From the NCBI GenBank assembly GCA_951406725.2, contig OX597823.1:4278001-4342000 (forward strand): a stretch of DNA of 64,000 bases. The letters are read 5' to 3'. Shown piece after piece: positions 24,817-38,380 of this stretch. The notes below the pieces were generated by a model that did no database searches, was not told where the DNA came from, and saw nothing but the letters and a program-made list of their open reading frames with translations. Position numbers and translations under genes: made by a program. Every line of letters starts with the position of its first letter. Positions within the stretch are counted from its first letter, which is position 1. The DNA is from Octopus vulgaris (Eukaryota).

Positions 24817-26058
24817 ACCTTTCTATTGTCCAAGCTAAACCTGTCAACGTCAGTGTATTTTCAACAGCACCTGTCGACAAATATTCCACAATAATGTTCA
24901 GTCGTGCTCTTATTTTCTGTTGCTGCTGCTACTACTGCTGCTGCTGCTTCTTCTTCAGGACATCTTTCCTTTATTTACAATTCTTGTCTGCTGTTAGCTA
25001 AACAATTCTTTTACACTGAGAGCTCACTGAAGAATACAGCTTGGAAGATATTAATTAAATGTAGATTATGTAATGTTTAGAGGAGATCTGTATTGATCAA
25101 ACATTTGTGTAAATAGCCAACCCCGTCTCTCTGCATTATTGGATAGTATGGTGTATTATAAATTCTCTGTGTCCAATATATGCTAGTCTGATAGAATGAC
25201 AGTAAAAAGCAAAACGTGTGAGGTTTGTGGGTTTATTTTAGAGAGGCACAGGGATTAGTGAAGCTAAATACCCTTAATGTCAAATTTAAAACTTGTCTCA
25301 AGATGTTCCTGAGGGTTCACCCTTTTCTTGCCGTTATTCTGTTGAAATACACTGCCTTTGTTTCAATGAGTTTTGAAAATAATGAAGAATTTAGTGAAAT
25401 AAGTTTGTCGTGATGAAACTGGTGTTTGGAATGGAAACACTTTAATGGAAGGAAGTCTCAGTCTAGATCCCTTTAGGCAGGAGGTTTCGATCATAGGCCC
25501 AGTGGTAATCATTAGTGGGTTGGTATCAAAAGGGTTAAACCACAAGGAAATAAAGGACTACTCTCTTGTCAAAGGGTTTGTTGAATAAACAGCGAGCCCT
25601 AAAAAGTCAGAAATGTAGTCATTCAGATTTACAGTTTTATCTCCTCCATGTCAAAGGAGTACCTGTTGGGGTACCAAAAACATATGAAACTGGTTGAAAG
25701 TCACTGCACTTCAGTCAAAATATGTTGCATGATTTCTAATCCACATGAAAAACAATTGAGAACATTTCCAAACTCAAATTCCAATATTCTCTTTCCAATC
25801 TTTTCCAGACATTTTAGGCATGGAGGACACGAATACTGTATATTTGTGTCTGTTTATTTTTATTTATTCTTAGATAGCTTGGTGGACTTTTAATCCAGTT
25901 TCTGTGGGGTTACAGGTGGTTGTTATTACTTTTAAGCAAAAATCCATACATTTCGGATAGGCTCATGGTTGGTCCCCACCCCGTCTCTCTAATTCGATGT
26001 GTTGTATAGTGTCTGTCTTTCTTTTAATTTGTTTTTCTGTCTACCTTTCTTTTGTTTT

Positions 26059-26089
<31 letters not shown>

Positions 26090-26415
26090 GAGTGTATGTA
26101 CATATATATATACACACACACATACATGTATAGATATATTTATGTGTATATAGTATATATATTTTATATGTAACCCTACGATGATGATGATAGAAAACAA
26201 CTATTTTTTTTATTATAAATTTTATAGCAATAGTCTTGCAGTGGTGTACGTGCTCTAATTCATATATATATTATATTCATACACGCACACACATATATTA
26301 TTTTTAATTAAAATATCTTTTATTCCTAAATTACACCTAAGATTTTTTTAGGGACCATTTTTAGGATAGAAGTTCATAATGATTTCTATACCTGTTTGCC
26401 CCTGTTTTCTTAAAG

Positions 26416-26478
26416 GTATCTTTACATTATCCCCAGAAGATACAAAAAGACCGTTGAGAAAACTCTCATTTCCTAATA
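26416..26478 (+). CDS. MACF1: Candidate 63-nt cassette exon of spectraplakin
   Basis: cctgttttcttaaag| ... AATA|gtaagt; phase 1-1, stop-free: GIFTLSPEDTKRPLRKLSFPN, then T-KGRTN in the next exon. Confidence 0.6.
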
Positions 26479-27305
26479 GTAAGTATGGTAACTACAGGTG
26501 ATCTGGATTTTGGGGGAAGTTACACCATTAAGCATTTTTATTTACATTTATTTACATATCACCATTTTTTCTTCTTCTTTTTATCTTCATTAAAAAAAAA
26601 TTTGTTTTTTTTAATTTTTTTTATTTATTTTCCGTTGTTAATTTTTTTTCTTCTTTTTATTATTTTGCTTTTTTTAAAGTTGGCCTGTGGAAGCGCAGTT
26701 GCTATCATTTCAGACAGTGGTTTCCCGAAAGTGCTGGGTGTAGGTCTCTTTTCACACACTCTCTCTCTCTGTCTCTCTCTCATAGCTCCATCCCAGTCTT
26801 ACTCACCTCTCCATCCCAGCCCACCCCAAAATTCTTCTCTACTAATAAACCTAAAACTAGTTTGGATGTTAGGGTGTTCTTGGCAGATAATGTTCTTACT
26901 ACCAATGTTCTTAATACTCGTAGAATTAACCTTACTCGGCCGACTGATCAAGACAGAGCTTCTCAATAACAAGCTTAGACTGTTTTCGTTAAAGAAAAGG
27001 ATTCTTTTTGAGATATATAAAGAAAAATGTATGCTACAGCAGAATTTAATAAAAGCTACTTTTCCTTTTTTTTTTAAATTTCTACTACTTTTGGTTTTGT
27101 TCGTGTATTTTTTTTTTTCCATGCATGTTCCAGCAGAAGGAAAATGAGGCGTCACCATTTTAATATCTGTTCTTGTTGCTTTTATAAACACCGTCCCACC
27201 CTAGAGATATTATTGCTTTCATTTTGCTAATCCCTCACCCATCCTTACACACACACACACACATTATACACCACACATACACCTGAATATCTGTCTCTCT
27301 CTCTT

Positions 27306-27366
<61 letters not shown>

Positions 27367-28637
27367 GCATTATCCAAGGGCTTATTTGCTTGTAAATGAT
27401 TTTTTTTAATATTGACAAATTTTTGTATTTTTGTTTTGTCTTTATTTGGGTTTTATTTTATTTTATTATTGCTTATATTTATGATGTGTGCAAGGTTTTT
27501 AATTTTCATTAATGATTGAAGTGTTAATTGTTTTGTTTGTTGTTGTTTGTTTTGTTTTTTTGTTTTTTTACTTTAATTTGCTGGGTTCTTTTTTTTTAAA
27601 ATTTCTTTATTTTTGTATTTTTGGTATTCCCGCTGCAGGACTTTTTGGCCAATATATTTATATTTATTGAATGATTTTTAACTTGCGCTATAACAACAGC
27701 TGGTGGCTATTGCATGGATCAATGCTTTTGACCTTCAATATTTTTTTATCTCAATTTTTTTTTTCAGGTTGCTAACTTCATATATTGCATGGTTTTCTTT
27801 TTTTCTGTTTTTCTCTGCATCAATCTTAGATAGAGAAATCCAATATTTATTTTTTTTTAAATTTAGTAAAAAAAAAATATTTAAATTTGTTCAATCATTT
27901 AAATGACAAAAAAAATTGTTTTGTTTTTTTTAAATTTGTTTGATAAACTGTATTTTATTTAATTATTTAAATTATAAATGTCATTTTAAAATAAATTTTT
28001 GTTTTAATGCAATATGATATGTGCCTCTTCTGAGTTGACAGCTTTTGGAATTGCATACAGGTTTGATTGTTATTCTGCTAACATTGATATAAAAAAATAA
28101 TAATAATAATAATAAAAACATGTAAATTTGTGGGAATAATGTGGTTAAATTGGTAACATTTGATTATCTCAAGACCGACATAGAGTACCATTCACTTATA
28201 CAATGGAAATGCCATTGGAAACATTTGATATTTTATTAGGTTTCTACTTATGGTACATCAAATTAGGCCTTCAAAACTCTCAATATATGTAAACATGTCG
28301 TCTACTCATTAAAAAGAAAAGTATTTTATTGATGCTTCAAACACATATATTCATCTTGTAAAAGTTGATATTTTCACTGCCTTTGATTTATTGTCTAGGC
28401 TTAATTTCTTGTCTTCACTGGCCCTTTTTTACCTTATCTACAGCCTATAAAACCAACAGTTTTACTGTTGAACTATATTATTATTTAATATCTAATTTAT
28501 CGAGGTATTTTCTGAACAATAGAAAATTTGCCAGTGTAAGAATGTTCTGTATTTATTAGTTACTTTCTTAAATAATTCTTATATAAACTTTATAATTGTA
28601 TCTTCTGAAGTTTTGTTAATAATTTGTGTTGATTCCT

Positions 28638-29003
28638 GGCACTCCGTCGGTTACAACGACGAGCGTTCCAGTTGATCTGATCAACCAAACAGCCTTTTTG
28701 TGAAATTAACGTGCAAGTGGCTGAGCACTCCACAGAGATGTGTACCCTTAACGTAGTTCTCAGGGAGATTCAGCGTGACACAGTGAGTGACAAGGCTGGC
28801 CCTCTGAAATACAAGTACAACAGAAAGAGTAAGAGAAAGTTGTGGTGAAAGAGTACAGCAGGGTTCGTCACCACCCCTTGCTGGAGTCTTGTGGAGCTTT
28901 AGGTGTTTTTGCTCAATAAACACATACGCCTGGTATGGGAATCAAAAACGTGATCCCACGACTGAGAGTCCGCTGCTCTAACCACTGGGCCATTGCACCT
29001 CCA
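28638..29003 (-). mobile_element. tRNA-derived SINE (second family)
   Basis: Minus head GGTGCAATGGCCCAGTGGTTAGAGCAGCGGACT; body shared with about 2630-2925(-) and 22705-22990(+). Confidence 0.75.
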
Positions 29004-31432
29004 CTCGTGCTGATTAAATAGACATTAATATCTCAGCAATTGTGAATTACTGTGCTTTAGATATCACAAAACAGTTACAATATTTATATCCTCCACATAC
29101 TGAGAGAACATCACTAGAGATATCAATTTCTCCATTGGATATCATCTGACTTATTTATCCTTTTTACCAATTCAAATAGTCTCTTCAGTCTTGTCTTGAG
29201 GAGGTAAAATTTTCAGCCTCTGATAGTCCAAAGAGAAATGCTTCTCAAAATTATTTTCCTTTGCTAAGATTTAGCGCTTATTCTCCAAACTCTTTTCTCT
29301 TGTCTTATATTTGATAAGGGAAAGCTTTCCTGAAATATTATAGAAACATTAAACAACATATGTAGGGTGAAACAAAATCCTGTCTTTATTTACTGGCATT
29401 GCTTTGCATATTTTGCCTAATTTCTCACTTGCATTGCTTAAAGGTATTCCTAAAATTATTTATGTAATAAATATTCTTTCAACTCTGAGTTTTGTTTTTT
29501 TTTTTATTATTTCTGACTGACAACGGGAACTATCATCCATTGTAAATCTTCAGTTTTAGATTTGAACCTTGCTCCCTTGTCTCTGTCTCTCTCTCTCTCT
29601 CTACATACACGCACACATACAGTGGCTTCAGTTAACAAGGGGTTTTTTTTTTTTACATGGTCAATTAACCTGCCAGAAATTGTGCTCTGCTGCCTTAATA
29701 CATTCGCATTTAAGGCAACCATATCTGGCCAAAATATTATATCTGTTTTATGCTTGAATCAGCCAGATCTGACCTCTCACACCTGCCCTACATAGGGTCA
29801 GTCAAAAAATAAACAATCACTCCATTAAAATCTTGAAGCTCGGAGATCCATGATTCATTCAAAACGGTGTGAATCTAAAAAATATTAAATTCGACAGTAA
29901 TCCAAATGCTGAAAGGGCGAAAGGAATAATGTAGTATTAGATACATTGTACCTGGAAAGTGGTCATGGCTGGAATGTCTTTTATCAGAGATGTTATCTCT
30001 CAGGCCTTACCCGGGGCTCAACAATGACACATTGTCTTCTTCTGGCCCCTTTGCAATAACTCCAACAAGACATCAATTCAATGTCTTTAGTGGGAATCAG
30101 AATCTCAGTAGTTCTGGCCTTCAGTTATTATTGGTTTCTCAGCCAAGAGGTGTATATGGAAGGTATAAACACCATTTCTTGCTATTACACAATTTAAAAA
30201 TACAGTAAACATCAGATTTTACCATAGAAGTACTTCAGTTTAATTTCTTACATTACCTTACTTGGTTTTTTCCCATTCCTTACACCCCTCTAAGTTTAAG
30301 CAGATTATTATTATTATTGAGAGAGAGAGAGCAGTGCATGCCATCAAAGTGACACTGGGATAAAATATATGAAGCCCAGTATGCCTACCCATCTAATAAA
30401 AGTACACCAGGCACATGTATCACAAACATATGTGCATGACATGGTGATCTAATATCAAGATAAACAGTGTATGACTTTGCAGGTGGGGACCTAGTTAGAA
30501 TTTTCTTCTGGTCGAGTAGCCCATCTCGTTCAAAAGGTCCCTGAATAAGGATTGTTTAAGGATGTTGAATGAAACACCCATGTTTCCAGAGGTGAATTAT
30601 CCAAACCTCAAAGAATTCCTCTCAACACATGGCTATGATGCTCCCCCACTACTTCCGCTCGTGATCAGAGATGCACATATCGTCAGCCACTAAGGGACAT
30701 GCTCAACTGGTTAAGGTCAAACAACTGACAAGCAAATCTGTGGTATTGAGCAGAATATTTGCTGTAGCCCATCTTTTATACCAAGACAAAAAAAATGTAC
30801 ATGATAACACTTCCAATCAGTTAAGATCAGAAACCATGAGAGCCACTGTCTGGTACTGCATCAGGGCATTATTATTATTATTATTATTATTATGGTGGTG
30901 AGCTGGCAGAATTGTTAGCACACTGGGCATTTCGTCCGCCTTTACATTCTGAGTTCAAATTCTGCCAAGGTTGACTTTGCCTTTCATCCTTTTGGGGGTT
31001 GATAAAATAAGTACCAGTTATGCACTGGGGTCAATGTAATCGACTAGTCCCCTCCCCCACAAATTTCAGACCTTGTACCTTTAGTCAAAATGATTATTTT
31101 TATTCTGTGTTAAAAGAGTCTGCCATGCTTATAAATAGAAATTGATTGTAATGAGCCCTGAATTAAATGGGGCCTTAATCTATTTATTGATAGGTTATTG
31201 ACATAAATTGATTGCAAAGGTCATTGCTTCTATAATTTTACAGCCATGTCTCTCTTATAAATTTGGGAAAATCTTTGCATTTTCACAAGTCTTTGTTATT
31301 AATGTTCTTGCCATTTCTATTATCATTATGATTGTTATTGCTATTACTGTTGTTTAATAAATATATTTCTCTGCAAATTTATGTTTTCACCATATTCCAA
31401 ACCTTACCGGTTATATTATTTATCCTTTTTAG

Positions 31433-31617
31433 CAAAAGGAAGGACTAATTTGGAGCTTCGGGAGCAGTTCATTTTGGCTCAAGGCGCTGGTCAGTCTGTG
31501 ACTGGATTCCTCACCAAGACCCCTCCTGGTAGCCTATACTCTGGTAGTTCTACATACTCGGGTACTGCTTCTTTGAGTGGCCGCTCTGCAAGTTCTGCTA
31601 GTGGTCACATTGGAAAG
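31433..31617 (+). CDS. MACF1: Spectraplakin exon following GAR domain
   Basis: tttttag| ... AAG|gtaaag; phase 1-0; AKGRTNLELREQFILAQGAGQSV..., the conserved post-GAR motif. Confidence 0.96.
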
Positions 31618-33184
31618 GTAAAGACAATTTTTGTTTTCATCATTCTGAATTTTATTCTTAAATTTTAAAATTATTATGGCCTAAGCAGTTAATTCATAAT
31701 TTTGTTTATCATTTTAACATCCAGTTTTCCATGCTTGTAAAGGTCAGATGGAATTTGTTGAGGCAGATTTTCTATGTTCAGGTGCCCTTCCTGTCCCTAA
31801 CCTTCACCTATTTCCAAATAAGGTAGCATTTTCCCAGGGTTAGACATGAACATCATTGCTTGTATGACTGATGCTTATTTACAACCACCATCTGATGTCG
31901 AGACAAGTGTACTCACACGTATTCGATGGACTTCTTTCACTTTCTGTTTACCAAATCCTCTCACAAGGCTTTGGTCAGCCTGGGGCTATAGTAGAAAACA
32001 CTATAATTTGGAAGCAACCTATTCAACTACTACTCTGCTGTTATTCATGGTCGTGTCATTGCAATCGTTGAACTCAAAGTATGGGGAATGTGTATTCTTG
32101 CAAACCGAATGACAGCCTCACTTAATGGCTGGTGGCATGGAGACAAAGCACCCACTCCACTCTGTAAAATGGTCAGTGTCAGGAAGAGCATCCAGTCGTA
32201 GAAATCATGTGGAAGCAGACCCTGGAATATGATGCACAGCCTGCGTCCAATGGATCCTGTCAAACTGTCCCACCTATGACAGCATGGAAAATGGACATTA
32301 AATGATGATGATGTATCATAATGTACATTATGACACGGAATAGCTGTAGGATTGTAATGTATATTGCAATAAGTAATAGTAAAAATTATGAAGTATATTA
32401 AAAAAAAAATATTTTGCATAGTTCAGACATTATCTGCTGTATAAGTCAATACATTAGGTAAAAGGTATTGATATGTCTGTTTTATTGAAAGTTGACAATC
32501 TACTCTGAGATTCACCTCATCTTGGAGCGAAATTCAGAATACACATCTCTAAACTATAATTGCTAACATATATAAGAATTTGGTGTCTATTTAATGTTTG
32601 AAACATATGCTGGTGGGGAGGGGAAATTCTGAGTGTTTTCCCTTGTTTTTGGTACCCAGGGGTAGATACAAATTCTGTTAAGAAACAGAAATGTGTAGAG
32701 GGTCAAGAGATCACCAGCTGTTGGGGTACATCGAAACTTAAATAATGGGACTAGGAGAGATGACAACAGAACATTTTCATGTAGTATGTAGGATATATAT
32801 GTTTATATATATATAAAGATCCAAGGATTGAGGTGTAAGAAGGAAGTTAGCTTCAAGCAATCTGTAGTAAATATAAAAAGCAACTTACAGGGACAAGAGT
32901 GGTTTATTGAGACGGAAGGTTGTGGATTTTTTTCATATTGAAGTATGATAAACTGAAAAAAGTAGGTGACCAGGGTTACTGAGTAAGTAAGTACACAAGA
33001 GTTATGGAATGGAGTAGCTAAGATCTGGGCTACATATGTTTCATAGCGAGCAGAATCTTGGAAGTGGTAAATATCCAAGTGAGGTGTAAATCGCAGGCTA
33101 CTTTTCAGGCCAAGGATATTTGGATTAAATGAAAGTTTACAATGTCGCAAGGAAATACATGTTAACACATGGAAGATTCAATCA

Positions 33185-33238
<54 letters not shown>

Positions 33239-33442
33239 TATATATGCCACAGAACCTCCCAAAACTAGAAACTATTAATTATCCTCACACCATTCTGTTT
33301 TAAATCTCAATATTACGTATTTTTAAACTGTTGAATGTGTTGTATTTTTTTCTATTAAAGTTTATAAATTCCACTTTTTGAAATTCTACTTTTGTAATTA
33401 TAAAATATTTACATCTTTTTCTAAAATATTTTTTTTTTTCAG

Positions 33443-33611
33443 TGTCGAGCCCATCACCCTAACAACTATCGACAACGTATTCGGTCAAATCCTGACATTG
33501 AGGTTAGACAAATTATGGCCCGATCTGATGTGGGCAGTCGTTACTCTAGATATTCCAAAGGAGCTGGTACCCCTCGTAGCATGCGTAGTCCTGGTGGAGT
33601 GGCAAGTCCAG
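33443..33611 (+). CDS. MACF1: Spectraplakin C-tail exon (Ser/Arg/Gly-rich)
   Basis: ttttcag| ... CCAG|gtatgt; phase 0-1; CRAHHPNNYRQRIRSNPDIEVRQIMARSDVGSRYSRYSKGAGTPRSMRSPGGVASP. Confidence 0.82.
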
Positions 33612-34337
33612 GTATGTATAAAACTATGAACATTCACTCAATGTCTGTAAATCTCAGGTGGTTTTAATTAAAGGTCGGTGGGTGCATTGCAGACTCACTA
33701 GAGTATCAGCCAAAATAACCTGGTTATGTCCCTTCTATGTTCTGAGTTCAAATCCCATCCAGGTTGAACATTTGCTTTTCATCTTTCCAAGGTCAAAACA
33801 GTTGAGTATGCTCCTGAAAATACTGCCCCAGCAGGGCCACTGCTGAATGATTGAAAGAATAGATGCCATGTAGGTAATATAGAACCTGCTAGAGAGTTAA
33901 GTACTGAAATAATCTGTCCTGTTTTGGTTGGTATGAAGATGGTTGAGGCAACAGGACCCTAAAACTCCTTTCGGATTTAGTTTTGTCCATTTTGATATTG
34001 TCTCTGGGAATCTATTGAGAAACCGCAATCAACACAAAAATAGTCAAAATCAGGTCGATGTCCCGGCTGTTGTTCATTGAACTCAGACCCCCCCCCCTAG
34101 TAGATTTGTTTTCCTCCATTCTTTTTTAAGGCAGTAGTATATGATTTGAGGATTTGGTTGCGATTTCTTGCAGGTTGAGTAACTATGTAGAGGCTCCGGC
34201 TTCTGTTGTAATCATTTCACTTAACCTTTTGATACCAACCTGCTTAAGCTTGCCCTAGATTTTTGATACAAACACTTTACAAGTGTTAAGGTTACCTCTG
34301 CAGATTCTCTGTAGAAATTATAACCAGCACTGATTTT

Positions 34338-34692
34338 ACATTATTTACACTCCACGGATATTTGTCCTCATCTTGTTTGTTAACACAACATTTCGGCTGA
34401 TGTACCCTCCAGCCTTCTTCAGGTGTCTTAGGGAAATTTCAAACCTGGGTTCTCATTCCTAAGGTATTTTTCGATATTATTATTGTTGTTGTTGTTGTTG
34501 TTGTTCAGGTCACTACCTAGAATCGAACTTGGAATCTTGGTGTTAGTAGCCTGCGCTCTTAACCACTACGCCATATTCCCGTGGGCTGAAGGGTATATCA
34601 GCCAAAACATTGTGTTAAGAAACAAGATGAGGACAGATATCCATCGAATGTAAACAATGTAAATAATTCCTCATCTCTTGAATAAAGAACTG
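34338..34692 (-). mobile_element. tRNA-headed SINE-like element with 3' hammerhead, plus inverted partial 3' copy
   Basis: Minus 34580-34338: A box TGGCGTAGTGG, B box GTTCGATTC, (AAC/AAT)n spacer, hammerhead at 34427-34382; 34584-34692 is an inverted copy of its 3' end; ACTGATTTT direct repeats at 34329 and 34689. Confidence 0.75.
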
Positions 34693-35739
34693 ATTTTGTT
34701 ATGACATTTCGTATCTAAAAAATAAAAACGTTTAACATACTTCGTAGTATATTATGATTGTAAAATAACAAAATTAGTGCTGGCTATAATTTCTATAAGG
34801 AATCTGTAGAAATAACCTTAACAAGTGATGTGATAGCACTGCTAACACAGTAGAACACGGTGTTTAATTATAAAAACGTTTAATAGTATATTATGGTTGC
34901 ATAATGAAATATGGTGTTCCTACAGGTCATTACTAGATTTACAAGTGATCTTAATTAAAACTTCCAAAAATTTCATGTTATTCATGTTCCAAACTTCAGG
35001 CTAATGAGGACAAAACTATTTTACTAAATTCTTCATTATTTTCAGAAATTGAAACAGAATCATCCCAAACTAAGATCATCCAATGTTGGTTGAGTGTGAC
35101 TTAATCCTTTTGAGCCCAACCTGTCTGAGACTACTCCTGGTTCTATGATACAAATTCCCTGTTTTAAAGTGATCTAAATTAAAACCCTCAAAATTCATTG
35201 AAACAAGGCAGTGTATTTCAACAGGGATATAGCAACAAAAGGGTTAATCCCTTGGCAAATGCTATCAGTTCTTACTATAAATCCAATAGCATTTATTGAG
35301 ATATGAAGAAGGTCCTCAACCATTTTTGCCTGATGAACCCTTTTCTCTCTATTGACCCCTCGTAGCCATCTGATATTTAAAAAATTGAAATATTTCAAAT
35401 ATTGTAGAAGTAAAAGTAATTTATTGCTCATGAATTTTATCAGCAAAATCTTTTGTGGACTCCAGTTGAGAACCACTGATATAAGAGATTAATGTTTTCA
35501 TCCTTAACTCTTCAGCATTTAAACCAGCCAGATCTGGCCTCTCACACTTACCCTACAAGATTATTCTAAAAATAAACCTTCCTGACATTGAAATTTCAAA
35601 GCTACAAGATAATGCATGACTAATTCAAATCAAATCAATGTGAATAAACAAGCATTACACTTGACAGAGTGATCTGAATGATAAAAGATTAAAGCTTGAT
35701 AAATAAATATTTTGGTTTCTTTTCTTGCTCTTTTTTTAG

Positions 35740-36002
35740 TGAGTACCACAAGTCGTTGTTCAAGTACAGGCAGTCGGCCACCAAGCCGCACTGGAAGTGA
35801 TATCTCAGAAACAAGCGAACCTGAAGTTTACACGACGGTGCAGACTGAAACTCGGAACTTGGGTGGTCGTAAGCAAACCACAATGACTTACCAAACACAC
35901 GTGGTTCCAAGCAGAAGCGGATCACATGTGGCTCACTCAAGCTCATCATCGGTGACGTCGCTGAGACATGGTTCGAAGATTCCGAAACTGAAAAAGAAAT
36001 GA
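35740..36002 (+). CDS. MACF1: Spectraplakin terminal coding exon (GSR-like repeats, C-terminal SxIP)
   Basis: tttttag| phase 1; VSTTSRCSSTGSRPPSRTGSDISE...RHGSKIPKLKKK-TGA; SKIP is the EB-binding SxIP motif typical of spectraplakin C-termini. Confidence 0.9.
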
Positions 36003-38380
36003 ACTGCTTCCAATCATTCTGTTTCCACTCCAACTGCCATCAGTCAGGATTCTGTTGTGGTTTCTGCCAGTAACCTATTTATCTAATAGCAAAGCTTTTT
36101 GCACAGCAATACCATTCCTTGCAGAAGCTTTCTTGATAACTATCGGACTCCCCTTCCCTTATCTATTTATCTCTCTCTCTCTCCCTCTCACTCATGCCAT
36201 GACCACTATGGAGTCAACACAAGATCACAGCCATAACCCTTACAACCTTATTTGGCTGCTTAACATCACCTAATCTAATAATCCCAGCTGTGGCTCTGAT
36301 TTTAGTTGTTGTAGCCATCTTGATTGCTATACAGCATTGGCTAGAGCGCCAGACATGTCTCTCCATTATTTCTGAGAGGTAACTGTCTTCTCTGCTGGCA
36401 CAATTGAAACTGCAAAGTGTTTCAAAATTCTTGCCCAACATCAAAGTTGGAAGAATTTGGGTTTTTTTTTATATATTGTGAATTTTTTTTAAAAACTTCA
36501 ATCCTGACCTCTGCTTTGTCCAATGAGTGACAAATATAATAACTGGACCGTCCCTGTCTAATTTCTTAGACAGATAGACAAGGCTGCTGTCCTTGTTTGG
36601 CCCAAAAAAAAAACAAAAAACGAAAATATTATGAAAACAACAAACAAAACAAAGCCGTGTGCCTACACGTACGATGAATCTACGTTTGTAGCAATGTGTA
36701 ACAAATTTTAGTGCTTTTTCTATTTCTCCACATGATGTATAACTGTGATAAAATTAGAGGGAGTCGGCGAGCACCAATCTAACCGTCACTGTAGGAGAAA
36801 TTGTTGCCAGTGATTATTACAACAGACAGAAAATTGCTCGTCTGCAACCATTTTAATAATCTTTAATTTTTTTTTTTTTTTTTTTTTCTTTTCTTTCTTC
36901 TAAATCAATCCACAATATTTTCATCTCTGAAACAAACAAACAGGACAATAAGAATTTTTTCTTTTTTTCATTTTTGTTACATATATATAATTTTTTTTTT
37001 CTTTAATCAAATTCTTATTTAATACATTGTTTGAAAAAGTTTAAAAATTGTTATTTTCCATGGGTAACAAAGGGGAAGATGGGTTGGGGAGGGCAACAAT
37101 ATTATTTTGATTTGAAATTTTTGTTTTCATTCTTATTTATGTATTTATTTTATTTATTCATTGTTTTTTTTTGGCGCTACCATTTCGTTTTTGTATATTT
37201 TTTTTTCTTCCATAATCTGTTTTGAAGAATGTACGTATTGCGATGATGTTCCTTTCTGCTGTTTGAGCAAGTGTAGCAATATCAGCACTGCTAACCACTT
37301 CTGCTGGTGGTGTTGCTGTATTCCTGGCTGTTTCTTCAATAACATGATAGCGATGCCATCCAATGTATTTTCAAATTCCTTTTTTTTTGTTAGGTTTTTT
37401 TTTTCTTATATATATATATATATTTTGTTGTTTTTGTTTGTGGTTTGTTTTTGTATTCTTAACGGCTGTTCTTTGTAAAATTGGTCACCCATTGCATTCC
37501 ACCTCTCGAATTGCTTGAACATCTTTCTCCACAAAGCAGCAACACTTGAAAAAAAGAAGAGAAAAAAGACACACGGACACACATTCACACACACACACAC
37601 ACACAATGAACGTGCCATTTTTGCTGTTTTATTTCTTTGTTCCAGAGATGAATACTATTTTTGTATGAAACTCTAAAAAAATCTAAATAAATAAATCATC
37701 ATATCTTTGATTAAATCTCAATCTATGATGATAGAAATGACTAGAAACCATCACCCAGATTCAGGAATATTTCTATCGTTTAGCTCTACTCTAGTTGTTT
37801 GCTAATAATAATATTGTAAATTTAAAGACAAAACAACAATACTTGTAGAAAATAGCCAATGGAAATGTGTATGTGTGTATATATATATAAAACACTCACT
37901 CTGAATTGGCAATATTTTTGCAGAGTAAAATCTAAGCTTTGCACCAGATCCTGGTAAAATAAAGACGCTGGAGCACTTTAAAGCATTTGTTGATAATTTG
38001 TAAAATATTTTGGTTTTTATATATTAAACTTTTTAAGGGGGAAAAAAAAAGAACAAAAACAACAATCTCATTCCATTTCTAATTCTGGAATTATTCCTTC
38101 TTTCAAAGGTAAAAAAAAAATCTTTTTTTTTTTTTTGCTCTATCTGCCGCTCTTGTAGCAAACAATAAGGTTACGTCTGTAGCAGGAGAGGAATTGTCTT
38201 CTCTGGCTGCAGTGAATGAGTGCATAATAACGATTATAATAATTAAGGATGTCGAGGATGATTGGTGATGTTGGAGATGTAACGTTTTTGTCTCGGGAAA
38301 TTACAATAGTGTATCGAGAGGCCTTTCAATGTGTACGCTGAACCTCTTTTGTCAAATAAAACTGATTGCATATATAATAA
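36003..38380 (+). other. Probable long 3' UTR of spectraplakin
   Basis: About 2.4 kb without recognisable TEs, U/A-run rich; AATAAA near 37686, 37958 and 38355-38360; interspersed repeats resume after about 38600. Confidence 0.55.

Noticed and set aside
26485-27147. 220-aa Phe/Leu-rich ORF resembling a membrane protein
   Set aside because: Arises from T-runs and CT repeats; no recognisable domain.
34505-34580. tRNA gene call for the tRNA-like head (also 41593-41660)
   Set aside because: Acceptor and T stems pair poorly, there is no oligo-T terminator, and it is attached to a dispersed repeat body; treated as a SINE head.
37161-37478. Cys-rich 105-aa ORF in the 3' UTR
   Set aside because: Low-complexity TG/T-rich composition, non-ATG start and no recognisable domain.
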